Numbered from the stretch's first letter, positions 35,911-45,604 are shown. The stretch: 64,000 nt of DNA from an uncultured Bacillales bacterium (GCA_946414655.1 CAMKPL010000003.1:12770-76769); one strand, 5' to 3'. A program made the numbers and translations. The notes: generated from the letters alone by a model not told the origin.

Positions 35911-37215
35911 TTATAGAGCCTCAATTAATGGATAGTTCACTTCTGGATAGTGCATTTGAATCATTCTAGAGAAGTCATCACCAAAGAAGCCATAAAGCAT
36001 AATCAAACCCACTCCAGGGCCAGAAACAATGAATGTAGAAAGCTTCTCACAATTAGAAAGAAGTTCAGCATCTTCATAAGCGTAATGAGCTTCATCTAAG
36101 AATGGTTTTAAGAAGTTAGCGATGCCTTCTGGATTACCAATGAGATATAAAACATCCATTGTTGGCATCTCGGTTAATGCCGCACCAAGTTTTGATGTAA
36201 TCTCGCTAGGAAGAGACATAAACATGGATAAGAAATAATCCGCTGTTCCTTGAATAACATTGACGAATTTTTCTCTTGTATCAATGTTTTGTTCGCCATA
36301 TGATGGGGTTCTTAAGATATCAATTAATCCTTGTGGGAGAGTGTTTTGAGTAACTTCCTCTCCGGACAAAGTAAATGGATTAAACTCCGGAATAACGATG
36401 GATTCATCGTAGTTTTTACAAACTTCTTCAACGTTAGAATTATCTAAAATAACATCTTGTCCAACACGATAAAATCCATATTCTTCTGGAGCGATCATTG
36501 GAATTAAATCGGCTTGGTTAACTATGTTAAAGACGTTTTTATAATCATGATATTCACTGCACCCTTTTGGGGCTTCAAATGTATAAACATAGAAGTTTTC
36601 ATCACGGACAAGTTTGTGTTGTCTTTCAAAAAGAAGCTTTGCTGCAAGATTAGCAACGCCTCCACCGCGAGAGTAACCAGTAATGATGAATTTGGAGTTC
36701 TGATGTTGATATGTTTTGATGTAATCATCTAAATCGTTAATTAAAGTGTTCGCCGCTTGTAAAAATCCAGCGTGATCACCTTCTAACCCAAGATTGAGAT
36801 TTGAATTCCATTCCCCACCATAGTTAAAACCTCGAATCGAGACTAAAACAACATTTTGACGGTTAACATGACGTGAACCGATAGCATAAGCGATGGTGTG
36901 TTTATCTGGTGTAACTTCATAGTCTTTAGAGAGTTCTAAACAAGAAAACATTGTGTCACGGTAGAAAGTCGTGATGCTGTCTTTATCTTTATTTGCCGCT
37001 GATGCACCATAACTAAATAAAGCGAGATCTTTATTAAAGACGTCAGATTTTTGGTCAAGGCAGTCGTGTTTTAAAGTGAACACTTGCTCGTAGTTTTGGG
37101 CATATCCAGTCATGACAACAGATGATGATAAATCATCATTCAATGAATCAGGTTCAAATTCACAACCAGTAAGTAGTAATGGTATCAGAGCAATTAAAAG
37201 AAATTTCTTTTTCAT
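35911..37215 (-). CDS. Secreted class-3 (fungal-type) lipase, lipoprotein
   Basis: The lipobox is LLLTGC. The nucleophile-elbow motif GYSRGGG is set in a Lipase_3-like alpha/beta hydrolase context. The product is 434 aa. Confidence 0.75.
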   Translation of the reverse strand: MKKKFLLIALIPLLLTGCEFEPDSLNDDLSSSVVMTGYAQNYEQVFTLKHDCLDQKSDVFNKDLALFSYGASAANKDKDSITTFYRDTMFSCLELSKDYEVTPDKHTIAYAIGSRHVNRQNVVLVSIRGFNYGGEWNSNLNLGLEGDHAGFLQAANTLINDLDDYIKTYQHQNSKFIITGYSRGGGVANLAAKLLFERQHKLVRDENFYVYTFEAPKGCSEYHDYKNVFNIVNQADLIPMIAPEEYGFYRVGQDVILDNSNVEEVCKNYDESIVIPEFNPFTLSGEEVTQNTLPQGLIDILRTPSYGEQNIDTREKFVNVIQGTADYFLSMFMSLPSEITSKLGAALTEMPTMDVLYLIGNPEGIANFLKPFLDEAHYAYEDAELLSNCEKLSTFIVSGPGVGLIMLYGFFGDDFSRMIQMHYPEVNYPLIEAL

Positions 37216-37937
37216 TTGAGAGCCTCCTTAACAATACTTGGATCAATATATTGATATGTGACAGTGTCAACTAAAGGAGCGTACTTTTTAAGTTTCTCCT
37301 CTGAGTCAATTGTCCAGACATTCGTGAAATGTTTTTTAGTGTAACGTAAGACACGTTTTTCCTCGAATAACTTATCTTCTAAATCGACGGATTCCACACT
37401 TCTTCTAAAGAACCAGGTGTATTCATCCGATTTAGCAACAAGTAGAGAACGAATAAATCCTTCATGCTTAAACGGCCATAATGAACGTGGATCAAAGGAA
37501 ATTAGTAGAACGTTTCGTTTATCTTTGATTTGTTGAAGCATTTCTTTGGTTTTCGCAGCTAAAGGTTTGTAGTTTTTACGGAACACCTTCATCTCAATCA
37601 CCATTGGAACTTTTTCTTGGTTGAGGTCTAAGACCTCTTGGAGAGTTGGGATTTCTCCACCATCTAAAAGATGGTAGTTTTCTTTAATCTCTTTTAAAGT
37701 TAAATCTTCGATGATTCCGTCTTGACCTGTTGTTCTAATTAGATTTTCATCATGACAAACAACAAGTTCATTGTCTTTTGTTAGATGGATATCAAATTCA
37801 AAAGCCACTCCATGATCAATCGCGTTTTGAAAAGCTTTCATACCGTTTTCGGTAAACTCTTTATTATGTAATCCGCGATGGGCGATTCCTTTAAGGAATA
37901 CGGGATTGATCTTTGAGATAGCTTTTTCTTTTTTCAT
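37212..37937 (-). CDS. glpQ: Glycerophosphodiester phosphodiesterase
   Basis: The GDPD catalytic motifs HRG and EFDIHLTKDNELVVCHDE are present. Confidence 0.85.
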   Translation of the reverse strand: MKKEKAISKINPVFLKGIAHRGLHNKEFTENGMKAFQNAIDHGVAFEFDIHLTKDNELVVCHDENLIRTTGQDGIIEDLTLKEIKENYHLLDGGEIPTLQEVLDLNQEKVPMVIEMKVFRKNYKPLAAKTKEMLQQIKDKRNVLLISFDPRSLWPFKHEGFIRSLLVAKSDEYTWFFRRSVESVDLEDKLFEEKRVLRYTKKHFTNVWTIDSEEKLKKYAPLVDTVTYQYIDPSIVKEALK

Positions 37938-37939
37938 AA

Positions 37940-39379
37940 TTATTCTTCGGCTTCTCCAATGGCACTTAAACCTTTTGAGAAGGTTGTTTTCTTGGTTTTA
38001 ATGTTCTTCACAAAGAAGAAGATAACAAAGGAGATGGCAACACAAATGCCAGCATAAATTGGAAGTAAGAACCAGTCAAAGCTTGGTGCCATTAATAGGG
38101 CTCCTAAAGCGATTGGTGTAATTGTTTGTGCAGCCATGCTAGATGCGTAGTAGTAACCAGTAAAAGCACCAATCTTTTTCGAGTTACATAGTTCAACAAC
38201 CATTGGGAAGGAGTTCACATGAACTAGTGACATACCAAAGTCCTTAACAAACCAGATAACAAAGAGCCAGATTGGTAAGCTTCCATTTGGAAGACCAACA
38301 GCAAATGTCATAATAATCCAGATGAGATAACCTAAAACAGCTAATCCTAAGCCGCCTAAAACAGTGTATTTACGACCAATCTTGGAGGCGATTAATCCAC
38401 CAAGAGCAAAACCGATCACACTACCAACACCGCCGATAATGGTTAAGATACCAGTACCAACGGATGAGGAATGTGTTCCATAGATAACATAGTTATTTAA
38501 GAATGTACGAACACCATTATCAGCCATGAACCAGAAGAATTCTGCTCCAAGGATGAGCCAAAGCATAACTTTGTTCGCTTTTGACATTGGTTTATCATCG
38601 TCAACTTTATCAGTTGTTTGAGAAACAGCATCACCACGAGCCATTTCATCTTTCATTTCATCTGCAATCTTATTTTCTTTAACTAAGACAAAGAGAACGA
38701 CTGCAGAGATGAGCATTAGGACTGAGCCAACAAGGAATGGTCCTTCAATCGCCCAGATGTTTTGATAAGCCCAGGTGTGTGGTTTTAAACTTCCATCAGC
38801 GTATTGGCTTGTTCCTAAATAATCAGAAAGAATAAAGACAAAGCCAACCACCGTGGCAAAAGCACCACCAAGGTAACCCATAATGTTAATGATACCGTTA
38901 GCTTTACTACGTAATGGCTTTGGTGTCATATCTGGCATCAAAGCCACAGCTGGGTTACGATACATCATGGCGAATAAGACAACAATCGCCATTAAGATAA
39001 TTACTCCAACAGTATTAGAGTAATGGAATAAAACAGGAATAAATGGGAATGCAACTGCACAAACAAAGGTACCAACCAAAATATATGGCATACGTTTACC
39101 AATTTTTGTGTGTGTTTTATCAGAAATCCTTCCGAAGATTGGTAGTAAGATTAAGGCGGCTAGATTATCTAGAGCCATCATAATACCAACTAAGTATTGG
39201 ACTTCTTTTTCGTTTGAGATTCCTAAGGAATTTTTAAATAATTCGGTTAGGAATGTTGGACACCAAGTGTCGTAGACTTGCCATAACAAAAGGATGCCAA
39301 AGAATGCGAAACCAATGATAAAGGTTCTTTTATAATTCAGTTTGAACCCTTGGTCTGCATTATTTGTTTGTGCGTTCAT
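37940..39379 (-). CDS. MFS transporter (GPH/LplT-like), probably for a glycerophospho-compound or lysophospholipid
   Basis: The 479-aa product has 12 TM segments with a central cytoplasmic loop. It is co-operonic with GDPD and the lipase. Confidence 0.6.
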   Translation of the reverse strand: MNAQTNNADQGFKLNYKRTFIIGFAFFGILLLWQVYDTWCPTFLTELFKNSLGISNEKEVQYLVGIMMALDNLAALILLPIFGRISDKTHTKIGKRMPYILVGTFVCAVAFPFIPVLFHYSNTVGVIILMAIVVLFAMMYRNPAVALMPDMTPKPLRSKANGIINIMGYLGGAFATVVGFVFILSDYLGTSQYADGSLKPHTWAYQNIWAIEGPFLVGSVLMLISAVVLFVLVKENKIADEMKDEMARGDAVSQTTDKVDDDKPMSKANKVMLWLILGAEFFWFMADNGVRTFLNNYVIYGTHSSSVGTGILTIIGGVGSVIGFALGGLIASKIGRKYTVLGGLGLAVLGYLIWIIMTFAVGLPNGSLPIWLFVIWFVKDFGMSLVHVNSFPMVVELCNSKKIGAFTGYYYASSMAAQTITPIALGALLMAPSFDWFLLPIYAGICVAISFVIFFFVKNIKTKKTTFSKGLSAIGEAEE

Positions 39380-39395
39380 TTTTACGCCTCCAAAT

Positions 39396-40187
39396 TTATT
39401 TTTCTAACAAGGATGGTAGCTCCTTGATCGAACCTAATAGGTATGTTGGTTGGTGTTCATATTTCTTGACGTCTTCTAAAGAAGATTCTCCAGAAAGAAC
39501 ACAAAGAGTATCAACGTTGGCGTTTACTCCAACAAGGATATCGGTGTATAAACGATCCCCAACAACTAAAATGTCTTTCTTTTCAACATTAAATTTCTTG
39601 GCTAAATATTCAATCACGGCTGGGTTTGGTTTACCCATGACAGTGGCTTTTTTACCAGTGCAACGATAAATCCATTCACACATTCCACCACAATCTGGAA
39701 TGTATAAACCATCTTCAATTGGACATCTCCAGTCAAGGTTAGTTGCAATGAATGGAATGTCTTTTGTTTCTAAATATAAACAAGCACCTTTCAGTTCGTC
39801 ATAGACTAGCTCTGTGGAAAAACCACAGACAACAGCTTCAACTTTTTGTTTTGAATCATATCGATCAATGTAATGAAAATGCTTGGACAACTTGTCTTTT
39901 AAGGATTTGTTCCCAATACAATAAATGTTTTTTATCCCTTGATCTTTTAGATAAGAAATCGTGACTTCGGTTGAGGAATAAAAGTTTTTTTCTAAAGAAC
40001 ACTTAATCCCGAAGTCACTTATTTTCTTAAAGTAGAAGTCTAAATCATGCGATGAATTATTTGTGAAGAAAACATAATCAATCTTGTTATCATTCAAATA
40101 TTTGAAAGTATCTAAAACTCCAGGAAGAAGGTTCTTTCCAAGATAGATTGTTCCATCCATATCAAAGATGATTAGTTTTTTCTTCAT
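39396..40187 (-). CDS. HAD-superfamily IIA phosphatase (NagD/YutF-like)
   Basis: Motif I is FDMDGTIY. A cap domain is present. Motif IV is VGDRLYTD. Confidence 0.8.
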   Translation of the reverse strand: MKKKLIIFDMDGTIYLGKNLLPGVLDTFKYLNDNKIDYVFFTNNSSHDLDFYFKKISDFGIKCSLEKNFYSSTEVTISYLKDQGIKNIYCIGNKSLKDKLSKHFHYIDRYDSKQKVEAVVCGFSTELVYDELKGACLYLETKDIPFIATNLDWRCPIEDGLYIPDCGGMCEWIYRCTGKKATVMGKPNPAVIEYLAKKFNVEKKDILVVGDRLYTDILVGVNANVDTLCVLSGESSLEDVKKYEHQPTYLLGSIKELPSLLEK

Positions 40188-40321
40188 TTGACCTATTTAT
40201 TATACTCTTTTAATCAAAGATTCGCATCCTTAATAAAGATTTTAGATCAATGTAAATTAAAATAAACAAATTTTATATCAATATCTTTAATTATAATTAT
40301 AACTATGTTATAATATTTATG

Positions 40322-40672
40322 AATATATAGGTAGGCAATGATGGACTGCAAAACAGCATCGGATGCTATTGGTTATGTGTTCCATACAAAGAGTTGTTAC
40401 CTTTGTGTGATGTGGTCAAGCAACGCCAAGGCTACTACATACTAGGATTGATTTCGAATTATTACCCACATCCTAGTGCTTAAAAAGCAATGTGGTACCG
40501 AATGCTCCACACAAGAATTATCTTGAATTACGGCCGTCATAGGGCATGACGAAAACACGAGTAGAGAGACATTGCGATAATGTCGAGACTACACACGTGT
40601 TTTTGTTGTGAGGTGACGGCTTTTCTAATCTCCTATCAAAAACGCAATTAAAAAAGGAGATTTAATATCATT
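40322..40672 (+). promoter_or_regulatory. Structured 5' leader, a candidate riboswitch or attenuator, preceding the 40673 gene
   Basis: An upstream TTATAAT (40308-40314) predicts a TSS near 40322. GC is higher than the surroundings. Multiple hairpins are present, with mutually exclusive pairing of GCCGTCA (40533-40539) to either CATGACG (40546) or TGACGGC-UUUUCU (40612-40625). AATCTCC (40627-40633) can sequester the SD GGAGATT (40656-40662). Confidence 0.4.
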
Positions 40673-41032
40673 ATGAAAAATTCAAGAAGAATTAGGATAC
40701 TTGATGAAAAAGCATGGCATTTTCGTAATAACTCAAAAAGAAGAAATTCTTCTCAGCAAAGAGGAAAACATCCATCTCTAATAGTTGGAGTTTCTTTGGA
40801 TGGTAAATATATGCTAAATATTGGTATTACTCATTCAAAAAAGAGGGGTCGCCATAAGAATATTGAGATCAGAAATCCTCAAAACTGGTCTAAAAAATCT
40901 TATTTACGAACTGATATTGGCTTACACCCAAAAGAATGTTTAAGAGAAATTTTATTGAACTATAACCTTAATCCAAATGACATCAAAAAAGTTGAAAAAA
41001 TAATAAAAAAGAGAACTCCCACTAGGCGGTAG
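40673..41032 (+). CDS. Hypothetical basic protein (119 aa, Arg/Lys-rich)
   Basis: An AAAAAGGAGAT RBS is present. I recognise no family. Confidence 0.5.
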   Translation: MKNSRRIRILDEKAWHFRNNSKRRNSSQQRGKHPSLIVGVSLDGKYMLNIGITHSKKRGRHKNIEIRNPQNWSKKSYLRTDIGLHPKECLREILLNYNLNPNDIKKVEKIIKKRTPTRR

Positions 41033-41159
41033 TCATTAGCTACCACGGGTGAATCCTCATTATTATGTTACAAACCAACAAATTAAAAATCAACAAAAAA
41101 TTATGAAAAATTATTTCGATAATTATTATATAATTATGTTATAATTATGAAAGGAAAAT

Positions 41160-41366
41160 ATGAAAGATCATTATGATTTTAGCAAAGGAAAGAAGAATCC
41201 TTATACAAAACTTCTAAAAAAGCAAATAACTATGAATATTAGCATCCAGGTGTTGGACTATATGAAAGCAATGTCTGAAGAAACTGGTATTCCCTATCAA
41301 ACCTTAATTAATTTCTTCCTTCTAAGAATCGTCCATGGGAAGAAAAGATTAGAAGAAGATTGGTAA
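41160..41366 (+). CDS. brnA: BrnA-family (CopG/RHH-like) type II antitoxin, no cognate BrnT in the window
   Basis: The 68-aa product has DFSKGKKNPY...KQITMNI..DYMKAMSEETGIPYQTLINFFL, the conserved BrnA_antitoxin pattern. An AAAGGAAAA RBS is present. Confidence 0.7.
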   Translation: MKDHYDFSKGKKNPYTKLLKKQITMNISIQVLDYMKAMSEETGIPYQTLINFFLLRIVHGKKRLEEDW

Positions 41367-41374
41367 ACAAAAAA

Positions 41375-41415
41375 GAATTCCTCTAAAGCAGTCCAGGAAT
41401 TCTTTTTTTACCAGC
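41375..41415 (+). terminator. Rho-independent terminator after brnA
   Basis: agaattcct-ctaaagcagtcc-aggaattct followed by TTTTTTT. Confidence 0.6.
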
Positions 41416-41766
41416 AATTCTTGGTTAAATTCTGAAAATTTATGAAGGCACGATTATTAAAAGCTCTGCAGTATTCTCTAATTTTGTTTCCACTAAATTC
41501 GAGGAAGAAATTTCCACAATAATACTTAACTTTCGCCATAATTATATTCCTTTAATGAATTATAAATAAAAATTTGATCCAAGTGGCATCCATTGGATCA
41601 TAACACCAAGTACTTATCTCGGTTAGCGGGTTTTCCTAGTCCACATAAACAATTTGCCTTTTGTATAAGCAAACATGCATTCATTGGTACACTTAACCAA
41701 CGAGTAATATCTGTCATCAAATTTAGTTACATGTATTAATTTATTTATACAATGATAAAAATTGTG

Positions 41767-43653
41767 CTATTTTTCATCAAAAGTTGAGATATGTTTCATA
41801 GTTGTAACTCCCAAATTAATTTCACTGTAATACCAACGTGATTTATAGTTTTGAACCATTTGGGATGTTGTATAGAAAGGTGGTTTAAACCATTTAGGAC
41901 CATAATATGCGCTTAGGACAAGAGGAAACGATGAAGGGACTGTAGTAGATATTCCTTCAAAATTGGCTTCCCTTAAATTAAGCCATTCCTTTTTTAAATA
42001 TGGACCAGGTTTTTTGAGATTTTCAATATAATTTGGTGTGTATGCATAATACGCATCGTTCTTCGATTTTTTTATGTATGAATCGACTCTTTTCAAATAG
42101 ATTCTTTTTAGCCGCCTAAATTTTGATAAATAATTTCTTGTGACATCTTTATTATCCAAGGCAAGAATGGCGGGATATTTTGTTTCAATTTTTTCTAATC
42201 TAAGATGTAATGGGTGCAAATACAATTTGCGATATACTCTATCAAACAATCTGTTTTTATAGATTGGTGCATAAGCGTAAACATCAATAAATAAGCCTCG
42301 ATACTTATATAGGCGATAAAGTTCACTATCTTTTTCAGAAACACAAGATGTTCTTTCTCGTATGCGGAAGTTTGATAAGCGAGGCGAATAGTATTCATCA
42401 TTATTGTAGTCTTGTACATCAAGATAATTTGAACAGTGTTTACGAATCACTTGTTTGGCCTTTTCAATTTGATTAAAAGGAATCGCTAGATCAATATCAT
42501 CATCCCAAAAGATAAATCCACCATTAATATTATTGCTGTTTTTGTTATATGATTCACGACAAGCACCAATTAAACTGCCCCCATCAAGCAAATATGTGAC
42601 ATGTTCTTGATCAAATGCTTGCTTGACTTTTTTAAACATCTGCAATAGGCGTTCATGAATGATTTTTAATTTGGTAAACGTTTGTTCATTTTGGGAAATG
42701 ACTTCAATATCAATGTCGCTTGAAGGAAGTGTAACTTTTTTATTACTAAAATAAATATCTCTATAACCATGAAGAATTTTGTAGTAATTCTTTTTTCTTT
42801 TTCCTGTCAGATAGATTTTTCGAATATAAAATGGTACAAAAATGCTATTTCGCCTGTTGTCAATGATTTGATCCTGAACGGAGCGAATAAAAGCTTTTCC
42901 TTTGACATCGTCATCAATAATGTCACGAATTAGTCCATCGTCGTCTCTTAAATAATCCATAAGATGTTTGTTTTTATTGATCATTTCCGTTGTTACTGAA
43001 AAATCCTCAATTAATAATTGAATAATCGTAAATGAAGCAACAAACGTTAATATAAGAACTCGCCAATTATAATGTGCGAACAAGAATGAAAGAACCAAAG
43101 AAACAAAGACAAAAGATAACCTAACAACAGTAATAAGCCATCTATAAGAACGATAGATACAATAGGTGTAGATAATGTTATCAAGCTGTGCAATCAAAAT
43201 ATTACTATTATTTGATGACGATTGTATTTCACCATACCAGCATTCATATTTATCCAGATCTCTTCTCGAAGAAATCAGTTTGTCGGCCGATTTAGAAAAA
43301 TCTAGATTACCAATTTTTTTAGCAAATTTGTTATGTTCGATACCGAATACACGGCAATCATATTCTTCTCTGAATGCATTTGAAATTGAAAGATGCTTAT
43401 CAATTACTTTTTTTAGAAAAAAATGAGCCAAAATAAACATTAAAAATGTTAAAACACCGACATACAAGTCTCGATAATTATCAACCCAATCGATATACAT
43501 AAAAACATATGAAATTGTTGAGACAACAACGGGTAAAAATGCGCAGAATATAACTATAAGATTGATATGTCTAGCGATTGAAAAATGTTTATCTCGTATT
43601 TTAAGTAAATCAATATTCGTTTTTTTATGAGTTTCCCTAATTAATTGATCCAT
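41767..43653 (-). CDS. Fusion protein: N-terminal 4-TM domain plus C-terminal LicD-family nucleotidyl/phosphotransferase domain
   Basis: The 628-aa product has TM helices within residues about 30-210. Its C-terminal half has LLDGGSLIGACRESY...GGFIFWDDDIDLAIP...GLFIDVY, the LicD NTase-fold signature. Confidence 0.65.
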   Translation of the reverse strand: MDQLIRETHKKTNIDLLKIRDKHFSIARHINLIVIFCAFLPVVVSTISYVFMYIDWVDNYRDLYVGVLTFLMFILAHFFLKKVIDKHLSISNAFREEYDCRVFGIEHNKFAKKIGNLDFSKSADKLISSRRDLDKYECWYGEIQSSSNNSNILIAQLDNIIYTYCIYRSYRWLITVVRLSFVFVSLVLSFLFAHYNWRVLILTFVASFTIIQLLIEDFSVTTEMINKNKHLMDYLRDDDGLIRDIIDDDVKGKAFIRSVQDQIIDNRRNSIFVPFYIRKIYLTGKRKKNYYKILHGYRDIYFSNKKVTLPSSDIDIEVISQNEQTFTKLKIIHERLLQMFKKVKQAFDQEHVTYLLDGGSLIGACRESYNKNSNNINGGFIFWDDDIDLAIPFNQIEKAKQVIRKHCSNYLDVQDYNNDEYYSPRLSNFRIRERTSCVSEKDSELYRLYKYRGLFIDVYAYAPIYKNRLFDRVYRKLYLHPLHLRLEKIETKYPAILALDNKDVTRNYLSKFRRLKRIYLKRVDSYIKKSKNDAYYAYTPNYIENLKKPGPYLKKEWLNLREANFEGISTTVPSSFPLVLSAYYGPKWFKPPFYTTSQMVQNYKSRWYYSEINLGVTTMKHISTFDEK

Positions 43654-44092
43654 TATTGCTTCGCATCTCCTTTGTGATCAAAGATCTCTTCTTCATCACG
43701 CAATTCGCATTCCCAATCCATACGATACAAACGTACTTTGCCTTTCTTGTGACCCAATCGAATAACACGGATTGGTTTGTTGTTTTTCATAATCCATTTG
43801 TTGAAACAAAAGAACATAATGAAATAAACAATTGTTGATACAACAAGTAGTGCGCCAACAGCAATTAGAATGATGAATTCAATTTCTATAATTCAATTAT
43901 AGCACATTTAAATGTCATTAATTAAAAGAAAAGAGAACTCCAACTTATGGGTTCTCTATTTCAAATTAATTAATTGGGGTTTTACATTAAATTCACCAGC
44001 AATTTACGGTTAATTCGATTATAAATCGCGAAAACCTGGTTAGTTGATTTTTATCATTTCTTCGATCTTACTCGCCTCTTCTTTAGATATTG

Positions 44093-44788
44093 TCAGATTC
44101 TTTTCGTTTTTCCGACCATAAAGTCTCGAGAATAAGCAATATATTCCAATACTTCTTCATCAGTAAATGTGTCATCTAATAAAATAGAAACCCATTTTTG
44201 TTTATTCATGTGATATGAAGGGTAGATACCTTTATTTTTTAATATCTCTTCTCTTTTATTTTCATCAATTCGAACATTAATCACGTCGACGAATTCATCC
44301 TTATTATTAGGTAAGAAATTCGACTTACTAACATTCATAATCAATCCATACCACTTCTTGTTAATGTGATATCGAAACACTCCATAATTTTCTATTTTTG
44401 GATCAGAAAAAGGAAAATCAGGTTCTTCATGATATCTTTCTTTAATGATGGAGGCAATTCGATTCGCCTGATTAGAGACAAATCTTTCTTTTTTAAAACA
44501 TTTATCTCTGATATCTAATAAGATATCTCGACAATTCTCTCTAATCTCACCGATATATTGACCTTTATAAGAATCATTATTGATTTGCGTGAATTCTTCA
44601 TTAAACGCTAATTCGATTACTTTAAAATTGACTTCACCTTTTTCATTAACTGTAATTAAAGCTTTAAATTCATCGTTATGAAAATTAATTGAATAAGTAT
44701 AAATATCCTTAAAACAATCAAAACCGTACTCAATTAATTTTTCTTTTATTGGATGATAAGTTGGAAATATCTCTTGTAGAATAGACAT
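44093..44788 (-). CDS. MmcQ/YjbR-family protein with an N-terminal extension
   Basis: The 231-aa product has a C-terminal half KWYGLIMNV...GIYPSYHMNKQKWVSILLD, which matches the YjbR/MmcQ pattern. Confidence 0.55.
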   Translation of the reverse strand: MSILQEIFPTYHPIKEKLIEYGFDCFKDIYTYSINFHNDEFKALITVNEKGEVNFKVIELAFNEEFTQINNDSYKGQYIGEIRENCRDILLDIRDKCFKKERFVSNQANRIASIIKERYHEEPDFPFSDPKIENYGVFRYHINKKWYGLIMNVSKSNFLPNNKDEFVDVINVRIDENKREEILKNKGIYPSYHMNKQKWVSILLDDTFTDEEVLEYIAYSRDFMVGKTKRI

Positions 44789-44948
44789 GATTTAATTTTA
44801 TATTAAAAATATAAAAATTGGTAGAAATATAAAAAGAAAAGGAAAGGACAATGCTTTTTAATTGCATATTTTTTTGTAAAAGTATGCAGTTAGATTTGAA
44901 CAAAAATAATAAAAAACTCCTTTTATTTAAGGAGCATTTCAAACAGTA

Positions 44949-45025
44949 TGGGGCGAGTGACGCGGTTCGAACGCGCGAATGACCGGTTCACAGCCGGTTG
45001 TGTTAGCCTCTTCACCACACTCGCC
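44949..45025 (-). tRNA. tRNA-His (GUG)
   Basis: The reverse complement is GGCGAGTGTGGTGAAG...ACCGGCTGTGAACCGGT...GTTCGAACCGCGTCACTCGCCCCA. It has the extra G-1 paired to C73 that is diagnostic of tRNA-His, and a GUG anticodon. Confidence 0.85.
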
Positions 45026-45044
45026 AGAGCGTTATCAATAATAA

Positions 45045-45572
45045 CTATTTATTGATGCTTTGTAAAGCAGATTTTGCAAGTTTTAGAATTGGTAATTCAC
45101 GTTGTTTCACTAATCGACCAACTAGAACATTTTGCATCTTTTCGTATAAACGAATTGCTTCATCAATTGGAACCCAAATAATTTTGTTTATTCGGATTTG
45201 TTCATCAACTTCGAGGTGTTGGTGAACTTTTTTACCTCTTCGCACAAGATAGTAGTAATTGTGGTTCTTTCTTTGGATGAGGTTATAGTAGTCATCCACT
45301 TCGCCTAAGAAACAGATTACTTCTGATTCATAACCAACTTCTTCATGGAGTTCACGATGAAGTGTTTCTTCATGGGTTTCGTTTGGTTTGGCTCCACCAC
45401 CTGGAGTTTCATAATAATCTCTTGGTCCAAATCCATCATCATCTTTGAGATATTCGAGACAAACATTGTCATTTTCATCGACAAAAATGGCTCGAACGAC
45501 TTCACGAGTGTGAGAAACACCAGTGAATGGATATTGATCATCTTTGAATTTAAAGAGAGGTTCCATGGACAT
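45045..45572 (-). CDS. NUDIX hydrolase
   Basis: The 175-aa product has the Nudix box GGGAKPNETHEETLHRELHEEVGY (GX5EX7REUXEEXGU). Confidence 0.8.
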   Translation of the reverse strand: MSMEPLFKFKDDQYPFTGVSHTREVVRAIFVDENDNVCLEYLKDDDGFGPRDYYETPGGGAKPNETHEETLHRELHEEVGYESEVICFLGEVDDYYNLIQRKNHNYYYLVRRGKKVHQHLEVDEQIRINKIIWVPIDEAIRLYEKMQNVLVGRLVKQRELPILKLAKSALQSINK

Positions 45573-45604
45573 TATTTTATATAAAAAGAGGGCATTATGC
45601 TATA

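Noticed and set aside
40491-40499. GUGGUACCG resembling the T-box antiterminator core.
   Set aside because: Only 9 nt match. No specifier-loop, AG-box or GNUGGA elements are present, and the downstream gene is not amino-acid related. The match is probably fortuitous and includes a GGTACC palindrome.
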